Part shown: piece by piece, positions 1 to 9,950 of the stretch
How positions within the stretch are numbered: position 1 is the stretch's first letter
Layout of the letters: every line of letters starts with the position of its first letter
Source: Octopus sinensis
Taxonomy: Eukaryota
Assembly (NCBI RefSeq): GCF_006345805.1
Contig: NC_043002.1
Span: 88,598,001-88,662,000 of the forward strand
Length of the DNA stretch: 64,000 nt
Direction of reading: 5' to 3'
Made by a program: the position numbers and the translations under genes
Notes under the pieces: generated by a model
Databases searched by the model: none
What the model saw: the letters and a program-made list of their open reading frames with translations, nothing else
Told to the model about the DNA's origin: nothing

Positions 1-57
<57 letters not shown>

Positions 58-104
58 ATGTATATATATATATATAATATATATATATATATAATATATA
101 TATA
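1..104. repeat. (TA)n/(TG)n compound microsatellite
   Basis: Directly visible dinucleotide runs. Confidence 0.95.
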
Positions 105-808
105 AAGCAGTGCCTTCAAAACTGTCATATGATAAACATTATCTACCAAAGGGATAGGATGTGTAGTTTTAGATAAGAAGACCCATTATGAGCATGAAAA
201 ATGGATAGTGTTATCAGTTTTATGGAGAAGATTATAGTCTCTCCTATTCAGTTAGGAAATTAACTTTCAAAAGAAAAACTATTTTTATATTTACCCAAAA
301 TGAGGAAAGAACTTGTTTATAGAGAAGGAAATATTTCTCTTTCCTAGCTATGATGTTCTTTTTTCAGTTGGTTCTTGGGGTTTACTATCAAAATTTTTCT
401 CCTTTAGTATTTGTTAAGCAAGTAATGAGTGTTGTAATGCACTGATTGTTAGTGCATACATTAGTTCAATATTGTACATCTATTTAGTGATTCTGTTATC
501 AATGTTTTGATAACTACAGAGAAATTTATGCTTTGCTGAAAGGGTCAAATAATACAGAAACATATCTGTAGTTGTCTCCCCAACTTGCCAAATTGATTAA
601 AATAATATTAGCTAATGCATCTTTTCTGTTTATTTATTCTAATTTATTCTAATTTATTCTGTCTATTTATTCTAATTGCATTTTGAGGTCCATGCTTTAT
701 GTTAACATCAATTTACCAATACTCATGTTGTTGTTGTTGTTGTTTAAGCCAAGAATCCAGCTTTAAAAGCATTGCAGTCAAGAACCATTCCATCTTCTTT
801 TTAGATAT

Positions 809-1401
809 AACTAGTAGTATTGCCCGGTGTTGCTTGGGTTTGTTTCGACCCTTTAGAATTGGAATTTTTGAAAAGTAAAAATTTTGCACTATGTAGCTTG
901 TTATTATCTTTAAGTGAACATTTTTCTGGTTGAAATACACCGAAAAATGGTGACACAGCAGTCAAAAAATCGTATAAAACAGGGATTTTCATAGAAAAAA
1001 AGCACCTTTTTGGTGTTAACATAGTCCAATTTGAATTTTATCTTCTACGGAATGAAGAGCAAGCCTTCTTCTGTTATACCCTCAATTTTGGTCAACTTGT
1101 GCCGCAGTGTCTCGGAGGAGATAGTGTTAGTTGAAGGCTAACAAACCTGCCATACACAGACAACTTTATATATAGAGAGATTTTCATAGAAAAAAAGCAC
1201 CTTTTTGACGTAAATGATTTTTGGTGTTAACATGGTCCGATTTGAATTTTTTTCTTCTACGGAAGGAAGAGCAAGCCTTCTTCTATCATACACTCAATTT
1301 TGGTCAACTTGTGCCGCAGGGTCTCGGAGGAGATAGTGTTAGTTGAAGGCTACCAAACCTGCCACACACAGACAACTTCAGCTTTATATATATATAAAGA
1401 T
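809..1401 (+). mobile_element. Non-autonomous Helitron/Helentron-like (HINE-type) element with tandemly duplicated 3' half
   Basis: Starts aactagtagtattgcccggtgttgcttggg and ends acagacaact..tatata..gat. Segment ~981-1177 recurs at ~1178-1401. No TIR or TSD seen. Termini resemble invertebrate non-autonomous rolling-circle elements. Confidence 0.5.
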
Positions 1402-2531
1402 GTATTTAGAAATACATTAAACAATATCCCCACCCCTTTTTTAAGGCAGTAGGGTATGATATAAGAAAGATCTGTATACTCGTTTTAGCATGTCTCATTA
1501 GGTTCATCTATGATCATCTGTCATCAGTAACACTGTGAGGCAACTTGGGCAAGTATCTCCAATTATAGACCCAATCAAACCAAAGCCTTGTGAGTGGATT
1601 TGGTACATGGAAACTGTATACATACATACAGGGCTGGCACTAGAAACTGTGAGGCCCAGTTAGAGAATTGTGAGTTGGGGCTCTCTACTCTACAAAACCT
1701 GAAGATTTGATGCGTTATGCTTCATGTAGTCTACCAGTCCCAACCCAAAAGCATTGAAAGCTTGAGGCTTCACCATTAGCCACAATGATATACTAAAAAT
1801 TCAACATAGTGCCCTCTGCTCGAGTGTTTGTGTGTGTGTGGGGGGGGGAAGGGCCTCTCTTGGTGTAGGGTTCAATTTGAACAAACCTGTCTAATTAGCT
1901 TAAAACTGGCCCTCCATACACACAAATACATGTATATATATATATACATACATACATACATAGTAAGTATGTATACACACACACACACACACACAAACAA
2001 ACAAACAAACATATATACATACATATATACATGCATATATATAAATATATGTATGTATGTATGTATGTATGTAATATGTAAAGGAAATAAATGAAATACG
2101 AGTGATCAGCTCAGCTAGCACGCATGTAAACTCTTAGTTTATGTGATGAAAAACAATTCAGTAAAGCCAAAGTGTTCCACACAAAATAAAAATTCAAGAA
2201 CTTTCATCATTTGCAGAACATAACAAAGGACAAATAAATGAATGAAGATATTGGTACTACATTCATTATCTGGTTACAATCATTTCAATGATATGGAGGG
2301 TAGCTAAATCATACATACTGGACAAATAGGAACAATGATCAGGCAACTTCATGTAATATTAAATGAACCCCAATCCTGTCATTTCATCAAGGCCTTCAAA
2401 CAACACAATGAATTTCTGCAAAGATTGCAATACAGGGATGGTCATATAATGTCATTGGGAGGAAAAAAATACTGACGTGGCTAGAGAAAGGTACAGAATA
2501 AAGGGATTGAATAGACAGAAAAGCATGAATG

Positions 2532-2770
2532 ACAGAAAAGGCGGTGAGCTGGCAGAAGCGTTAACATGCCAGATGAAATGCTTAGCGGTATTTCATCTGC
2601 CGTTACATTCTGAGTTCAAATTCTGCCGAGGTCGACTTTGCCTTTCATCCTTTCGGTGTCGATAAATTAAGTACCAGTTATGCACTGGGGCCGATGTAAT
2701 CAACTTAATCCGTTTGTCTGTCCTTGTTTGTCCCCTCTATGTTTAGCCCCTTGTGGGCAATAAAGAAATA
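2532..2770 (+). mobile_element. tRNA-derived SINE, family A (ggcggtgagctggcagaa...)
   Basis: A-box-like gagctggcagaa, B-box gagttcaaattc, central gcctttcatcctttcgg motif (Meta-domain-like). 15-bp TSD agaaaagcatgaatg at 2517-2531 and 2771-2785. Confidence 0.85.
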
Positions 2771-3479
2771 AGAAAAGCATGAATGCTACTAGATAAAATC
2801 GATTGTGAAGCTATTGCCAATAGCTTAGTTAAGATATAAGATGGACAATGAGGTACTTTATCTAAGCAGGGAAGAATTTGGGTAGCAATAAATGCAACGA
2901 TATTTACAGAGAGTCCTTAATTAGGATGGATGTGTGAGCCAAGAATAACACCAAAGAAACAAGAATAACTAGAAAGAAAAGAAACAAGAGAATGGGGAAG
3001 AGAGAAAAAGAGATTGGAAAATGTATGAAGTGAGTTATGAAGAATAGTAAAATTGAGGAATAGAAAGATAAGAGTAGAGACATACAGTTAAAGGGACCAA
3101 TTAATGTTCACGCAACACCAAGTCAAATTATACTCAATATATAATAAAACAATAATATAACATAATATAATAAAATGAAAATAAAATGATATTAAAATAA
3201 ATAAAATTATTACCATGTACTGAATCAGTAAATAGTTATACAAGTAACACAAAAACTGAAATGGATATCATTAAGACAAATGGATGATTAATATTCCAGA
3301 AACGGTCAATACTTTTATGAAGGATAAAAGGGTAACAGGACTATAAGTGAGGCGAGATCAAAGAAGAAGAAGAATAACAGTGAAAATTGAAATGCTATCG
3401 ATCAAAGTGTATCTCTTATTTTATAATTTCCTATACTACATAAGTTAACTAAATGGATTCTTTAAAAAAGTTTTACTGA

Positions 3480-3880
3480 ATTGGCATGAACAATGGATTG
3501 ATTTGTCCAGACTTACATCTTAGGATTTCAAGTTCCTCCATGCAATATAAATCATAATTTCTTTTACCCCTTTAACTGGAAATGCTGTCTGCTTGATTGA
3601 TCATGAAATAAAGTAATCAATATATCTGTCTTTAAGTTCCCAAATAAATTTTGCAAATGATGTACTCCATCTTGATTTTTATTGTGATGCTGTAGCACTG
3701 ATATAATTGTACACTTTATCAGGTGCCCAGATCGAACGTCTATATACAATATGAGCCTGGAGGCATTGGTTACTCAAAGGACAATTATATCAAATCTTAA
3801 AATTGCACGTTCTGTCATGTTTCCTAGGTAGCAAAGAATTATATATTGTATTATTACTAAACCTATTGTTATGAAGAGGC
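3480..3880 (-). pseudogene. Decayed Penelope-like GIY-YIG endonuclease fragment
   Basis: A minus frame not reported in the ORF track reads RTCNFKI*YNCPLSNQCLQAHIVYR...YNYISAT...KSRWSTSFAKFIWELKDRYIDYFIS*SIKQ, then CMEELEILR after a frameshift. This matches the recalled PLE pattern CNC..CPL...CL...VVY..YIG..T.LSKYIWELK..W.I..C.EE.L.IL. Confidence 0.6.
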
Positions 3881-4044
3881 ACAAAATAAAGAGTAATATT
3901 TGTGTTAGATCATGATGTATTATTAACAGGGGAGTTAGAAGCAGACAAACTACTAGGGTGATAAGACTCAGGCACATAATTTCTAATTTTGCTTAATTTT
4001 TTATTATTAATAATGACTATATTATCAGCTAACTTAAATGTGGC

Positions 4045-4274
4045 TATTCTTTTATTCTTTTACTTGTTTCAGTCATTTGACTGTGGCCATGCTGGAACAC
4101 CACCTTTAGTCGAGCAAATCGACCCCAGGACGTATTCTTTGGAAGCCTAGTACTTATTCTATCTGCTTCTTTTGCCAAATTGCTAAGTTATGGGGACGCA
4201 AACACACCAGCATCAGTTGTCAAGTGATGTTGGGGGGAGCAAACACAGGCACACAAACATATACACACACAGAC

Positions 4275-4305
<31 letters not shown>

Positions 4306-4397
4306 ATACAATGGGCTTCTTTCAGTTTCCATCTACCAAATTCACTCACAAGGCTTTGGTCGGCCCAAGGTTATAGAAGAAGATACTTGCCCAAGGA
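4045..4397 (-). mobile_element. tRNA-derived SINE, family B (5'-truncated)
   Basis: Reverse complement of the family B body ending ...cagtcaaatgactgaaacaagtaaaagaata, with an internal (TA)n/(CA)n tract. Confidence 0.8.
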
Positions 4398-5236
4398 GCC
4401 ATGTATGTGTGTGTGCATGTGTCTGTGTGTGTGCATGTGTCTGTGTATGTATCTATGTATATATCTACATGTGTGTGTCTTTGTGTTTGTCTCCTCACCC
4501 ACTGCATGACAAGGGGTGTTGGTTTGTTTACATCCCCATAACTTAGTAGTCAGTAAAAGAGATTGATATAATAAATATCAGGCTTTAAAAAGCATATAAG
4601 TACTAGGGGGTCAAATTGTTTGACTTGACCCTCCAAGGTCATGCCCCAGCATGGTCAGAGTTCATTGACCAAAAACAAGTAAAAGATAAAAGATGTATAT
4701 TTATATGCGTTATGCATGCATGTATGTGTGTATATATGTGTATGTGTGTGTGTGTGCACATGTGCGAGAATGTGTGTGTGTGTGTGTGTGTGCATGCACG
4801 GGCATGTGTGTGTGTGTTTGTGTTTGTGTGTGTTTGTGTTTGTGTTTCTGTGTGTGTGTGTGTGTGTGTTTGTGTCTCTTTGTATTTACCTTGTGTGATA
4901 GTTATAAATGAGCATCACTATCATACAAGTGATGCATCCAATCTTCTGTGAGAGCATGCTTGGGAATGGGGAAAACAAGGGTTGGCAACAGGAAAGGTAA
5001 CTGACCATAGAAGATCTCTCTTAACAAATTCTGCATGACAATGCAAGCATCAAAAAGTGGACGTTAACACAATGATAACGACCTTCATGTTCTGTAAATT
5101 ATCAAACAGTGAAACTACCAGCAGTAGGATTTGCCTCTTGTCTTAATCTCGCCACTCAATCCATATTCTTGATCTCATTAGAAAATAGAAACCTTTGCTG
5201 GTATTTGCTTTCTTTTTTTGTCAGTTCCTATATTTG

Positions 5237-5468
5237 GGTGGTGAGCTGGCAGAAACGTTAGCGTGCCGGGCGAAATGCTTAGCAGTATTTTGTCTGCCGT
5301 TATGTTCTGAGTTCAAATTCCGCCAAGGTCGACTTTGCCTTTCATCCTTTCAGGGTCGATTAAATAAGTACCAGTTCCACACTGGAGTCGATGTAATCGA
5401 CTTAATCCCTTTGTCTGTCCTTGTTTGTCCCCTCTATGTTTAGTCCCTTGTGGGCAATAAAGAAATAT
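5237..5468 (+). mobile_element. SINE family A
   Basis: Near-identical to 2532-2770. Confidence 0.85.
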
Positions 5469-5547
5469 ATTTGAGCTCATATTCACTACACAGATAAAGG
5501 TAACAGGTTCAGACCCATTGCATGGCACCTTGGACAAGTGTGTTTTA

Positions 5548-6063
5548 TTGGATTGTCTGGAAAGTTCGTGCCAATTTTTAAAAGAAAGAAAAAGGTCAAT
5601 AAATACTTGCCATTACATTTTTAATCAACCAAATATGAACCATTTTGTTGCACAATGCATCTCCATCTTTCCTTTAACTTGAAAATACCCTTTTCCCAGA
5701 ATTGTTGGGGTTTCATGGCAAAGAATTCATCAAGGTATCTTTTTACGTCATCCATGGAATTGAAATTTTTACCATTAAGACTATTCTGCAGAAACCTGAA
5801 TAAGTGGAAATCCGAGCTGCAGCAATTTCTGCCTGGTTCTCAAAGTATCAAGTGCCAAAAATGAACTTTCTTATCTTCCATTATAAAGGGTTACAGAATT
5901 AACACAGGTTATAGGAACATAAACCTTCTTCCATGAAAAGATAGCTTAAACTATGCTCTAAATGGAGGTGTAGTCAAATCCTATTTTATGGACTCAACCA
6001 TGTTCTAAAATAAGTCGGAACGTAAGCTACTATAAATCGGCATGAACTTTCCAGACAACCCAA
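5548..6063 (-). mobile_element. Internally deleted mariner (TIR-intact MITE-like derivative) nested in a family B SINE
   Basis: TIRs ttggattgtctggaaagttcgtgccaattt / aaatcggcatgaactttccagacaacccaa with TA flanks (5546-5547, 6064-6065). Minus strand encodes MEDKKVHFWHL fused to SDFHLFRFLQNSLNGKNF...ERWRCIVQQNGSYLVD* (mariner N- and C-termini). The SINE-B head lies left and its body resumes at 6066. Confidence 0.85.
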
Positions 6064-6065
6064 TA

Positions 6066-6135
6066 TTATAGCCTCAGGCCAACCAAAGCCTTGTGAGTGG
6101 ATTTGGTAGATGGAAACTGAAAGAAGCCCATCGTA

Positions 6136-6173
<38 letters not shown>

Positions 6174-6174
6174 G

Positions 6175-6206
<32 letters not shown>

Positions 6207-6447
6207 CATTTATATGTGTGTGTGTCTATGTGTCTGCGTTTGTTTACACCCACCCACCCCGCCGCCATCGCTTGACAACCAATGTTGGTGTGTTTATGTC
6301 CCCATTACTTTGGAGTTCAGCAAAAGAGACTGATAGAATAAGAACTAGGTTTACAATGAATGAGTCATGGGATCGATTTCTTCAACTAAAGGCAGTGCTC
6401 CAGCATGGCTGCAGTCAAATGACTGAACCAAGTAGAAAGAAAAAATA
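6066..6447 (+). mobile_element. SINE family B, 3' part
   Basis: ttatagcctcaggccaaccaaagccttgtgagtggatttgg...cagtcaaatgactgaaccaagtagaaag. Confidence 0.8.
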
Positions 6448-7071
6448 ATAAAAAAGAATATAACAGAGAGGAATATGCGTAATTCCTAAGATGTATATGG
6501 TACCACTGGCAAAATATAAACTTTACATTCTTCGGTTGCAACATGAATGTTTTACTTGCTTTTTTTTTAATTTTTGATCAGGTGGGAAGGCAGTATCCAT
6601 GAAACTTTACAGGACATCTGAGACATAAGCTTTGCTGCTACATGGTTTTGGGTTCATTTCCACCAAACAAACGGCACTTTGGGTTAGAGACTTCAAGAAA
6701 AGCTCAAGGCAACCCAAAACCTTTTCAGTGGAAATGGAGGACAGAAACTGAAAGAAACCTATTGCATGTATGTATGTTCGAGTATGTGAACGTGTGTGTG
6801 TGTGTGTGTATTGTGTCTATTTGTCTTGACATCATGCAACAGTTGTCAACAAATGTTACCATCACACAAGCAGTGCTGTTTGCTTGCAATCTCCAGCCAT
6901 TGAACTGTTTCATGTTCAAAGGACTAGAGGAAATATCACCTTGCTAGGGAAGAGTTGATGGTTGAGACAAGAAGCACTTCTGGCTGCAAAAAGAATCTAC
7001 CTCAGTAAATTTTACTTAACTTATACAAGCTTGAAAAAGTGAACATGCAAACAATAAAACAATGATAATGC

Positions 7072-7356
7072 TTGTGTCTGGGGAGAGTCATTCTCTTTTT
7101 GTGCCTTATTTAACACTCTCACCGATAAAATTTCCTCTTTTTTCTTATTTTTATTTTCTAAAATTTTCGTTGCGTCTTGCAACCTTTTCAATAGTCTTGA
7201 CTCAAAACTATTGAAAACTATTGAAAGACAATTTCAAAGGTTGCAAGACGCAACGAAAATTTCAGGAACATAAAAATAAGAAATAAGTGCAAATTTTACC
7301 AGTGAGTGTGTTAAATAATAAGGCACAAAAAGAAAATGACTCTCCCCCAGACACAA
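7072..7356. mobile_element. Fold-back (inverted-arm) repeat carrying a hammerhead-like motif; putative Penelope pLTR derivative
   Basis: Arm ttgtgtctggggagagtcatt...ttttcaatag is reverse-complemented at ~7207-7356. Confidence 0.7.
7158..7194 (-). ncRNA. Putative minimal type I hammerhead ribozyme, U3-A8 core variant
   Basis: Minus strand: cta-TTGAAAA-g-gttgc(aagac)gcaac-GAA-AATT-T-tag. Stem I 3 bp, stem II 5 bp, palindromic stem III, spacing identical to the canonical motifs in this window. Confidence 0.5.
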
Positions 7357-8643
7357 CAGAATATGCTTCAACACACGAACTCATATAAAGAATCTTGCAA
7401 ACCAAATCCAAAAACGAAATGATGATGATGATTAAAGAAAACGTAATTTTTTTCTTTTAATTAAACCGTCACCTTTATACAGCAGCAGGAGTTTGTTACA
7501 GTTTTATCAGTGGAAATGTCAAGATGCGTATGAAATTTGTTTTCTTGTTCCGTTCAACAACCATATCTTGATAACAAAATTTTCTCTGAACCTGATAGTA
7601 TAATCTGGGTCTAACCAGTCCACACACTAAAACACACTGCTTTGTTTCAGTTTTAAGACTAATACACTATTTTGCTTTCCTCTTGAACCGATTCCGATAA
7701 CTGACGTATACACAAAACATCCAATCAAAATTCATCATGTGGTTGTTTTAAGTATTCTTCTTTCTCTTCCTTTCTTTCTCTCTCTCTTTCTCTTTCACTC
7801 TTTCTTTCTCTCTTTCTTTCTCTCTCCTCTTACTTCCATAGAATGTGATAATTGCTAATGAGAAGATTTGTACAAATATGCGGAAAAGCAATAAAGAAAC
7901 ATGTTGATGATGATGATGATAGAAAAAGAGAGAGAGAGGGGAGAGGTAGGGAGGAAAAGAGGAGAGAAAAGGAGAAAGAGGGAAGAGATAGCAAAAAACC
8001 TACTAGAAATGAGGGTAAAAACGAGACAACAGAGAGAGAGAGAGAGAATTGTGAGACAAGTAAAGGAAGAAAGAGGAAAGGAAAATTATATTGATGAGTG
8101 TGTCAAAGGGAGAATGGAAAGTTAAAAGCAGGACAGAGAATCAGATGCAGAAAATAAAGGGGAAAAGAAACATTGAATTACAAAAAAAAATAATAAAATA
8201 AAAGACAGACAAACAGACAGATAGACAAATTGAGACGTAGAGAGAGAGAAAAACAGTGAAAGAGAAAGAACTCAAATTGAAAAAATGAATTGATGAAGAA
8301 AAAAATTTAAACAGAGTGCAAGGGAAATGGCAAAAATGATAGAATTTAACTGCATTTCAATGGAAACAAGAGTATGTTTCAATATTTAAAATCAACTCTG
8401 TATGAAACCCTAAATCAAGGGTTTATTGACCACCAGGTCATATACCAGTATATGGCCTCTCAGAAAGAATATATTTTTTTATATGATTAATTACCAAAGA
8501 TATTCTTTGTCTCCAACTTAACTTGGATGTTGTGTTAGAACATAGAATACTGCATTATTTATCTTGAAAGGACTTTTCACATGAACTCATACTGATATTT
8601 ATACTGTTGGCAAATGAGAATTATCTGCTACAGCATCCAGGAT

Positions 8644-8688
8644 TGTGAGATCACATGATTTTGCCCTGTCTGGAGCTCTTCAGTGACA
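8644..8688 (-). ncRNA. Degenerate type I hammerhead ribozyme (copy 1 of tandem)
   Basis: tgtca-CTGAAGA-gctc(cagaca)gggc-aAA-ATCA(tg)TGAT-C-tcaca. G12 lost, consistent with CpG decay; one mismatch in stem I. Confidence 0.5.
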
Positions 8689-8705
8689 TACATCCAGTAC
8701 TTATA

Positions 8706-8938
8706 TATTTCTTTACTACCCACAAGGGGCTAAACACAGAGGGGACAAACAAGGACAGACAAAGGGATTAAGTCTATTATATCGACCCCAGTGCATAACT
8801 GGTACTTAATTTATCGACCCCGAAAGGATGAATGGCAAAGTTGACCTCGGCGGAATTTGAACTCAGGACGTAATGACAGACAAAATACGGCTACGCATTT
8901 CGCCCGGCGTGCTAACGTTTCTGCTAGCTCGCCGCCTT
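8706..8938 (-). mobile_element. SINE family A inserted in the tandem monomer
   Basis: Reverse complement of family A. TSD atacatccagta at 8688-8699 and 8949-8960. Confidence 0.85.
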
Positions 8939-9237
8939 ATACATCCTTATACATCCAGTAGTTATATAGCAGCCAAATCTCCCATCAATGATATATAGAA
9001 TATCAGTGTCTATTAAGTCACTGATGTTGCAAATAACCAGTGGGCTTATAAAAAAATCTTTAATAGTGACAGAAACAATATAAATGCCAAAAGGTAATCT
9101 TTATCTCCAGCTTAACTTGTATGTTGCATTAGAACACAAAATATTGTATTATTCATCTTGAGAGGACCTCTCATAAGGACTTGTGATGCATAAGAACACT
9201 CATATTTATATTGTTGGCAGACAAGAACCATCTGCTA

Positions 9238-9277
9238 GATCATTTGATTTCACCCTATTTTGGCCTCCTCAGTGACA
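9238..9277 (-). ncRNA. Degenerate type I hammerhead ribozyme (copy 2 of tandem)
   Basis: tgtca-CTGAGGA-ggcc(aaaata)gggt-GAA-ATCA(aa)TGAT-C. The 3' strand of stem I is missing because of an 18-bp deletion relative to copy 1. Confidence 0.45.
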
Positions 9278-9748
9278 GACATCCAGCAGTGATATAACAG
9301 CCAAATCTCTCATCAACGATATATTGAATTTATTCAGGTACTAATGTTGCAAATAGCCAGTGGGCTTATCAAAAACTTTATTTCTTTTTTTATTGACTAT
9401 TGCATTAAATATGTATTATATATGTAATATATAGGTATTATGTAGGCAATAATTAATTGTGTTTTGTTATGCATATGATACCTCAGTCTTTGAGAAAATT
9501 GTCTTGCATGGAACCAATACACAGTTTAAAAACAAGTTGAGGGCTGCTACTCTAAATGGCTGTTCAGCCTGCTAGAAATAGAAGTAAATGATGTGATTTA
9601 AAAATCACTTTATACTTCCTTAAAAAAAAAGAATCTAATACTACTAAAATGATATCAAGCACAGACATGGCTGTGTGGTTAAGAAATTGGCCATGCAAAT
9701 ACATGATTTCGGGTTCAATCCCACTGCACAGCACTTTGGGTGAGAATA

Positions 9749-9950
9749 TGTTGTAATCTTTTATGTCAGATTGTTATGACACCCACACTGGTATAGCAAT
9801 ATAGTTAGTAAGACAAGTAAACCCATGACTATCCATGACTGTCTACTACATGCTCTCTCTTTATACTGACGTCACCTTATTTATAGCAACTAGCACATAT
9901 CCTTCATCACGTGGGAGGGGTGTACCATTATTACAATTATCCCCACAACA
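9749..9950 (-). repeat. 3' LTR of the Gypsy element
   Basis: TG...CA ends (tgttgtaatc...ccccacaaca), adjacent to the PPT, homologous to 14027-14226. Confidence 0.88.

Larger units (their letters stand above)
8505..9375 (-). repeat. Old tandem duplication, ~330-bp monomer, each copy with a hammerhead remnant
   Basis: tctcca.cttaacttg.atgttg..ttagaaca...cagtgaca.acatccag...cagccaaatctc.catcaa.gatata...gccagtgggcttat occurs at ~8505-9050 (with a SINE inserted) and ~9098-9375. Confidence 0.75.

Noticed and set aside
105-620. Possible decayed Penelope RT thumb region on the minus strand, and a possible L1/Tx1 C-terminus at ~2300-2940 on the plus strand
   Set aside because: Only short, weak motif resemblance across many stops.
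3564-3977. Two in-frame hydrophobic ORFs (3774-3977, 3564-3749) separated by one TGA, suggesting a membrane protein, readthrough or a NUMT
   Set aside because: An overlapping minus frame gives a much better match to a Penelope GIY-YIG domain, so the hydrophobic frame is a shadow. No mitochondrial protein resemblance.
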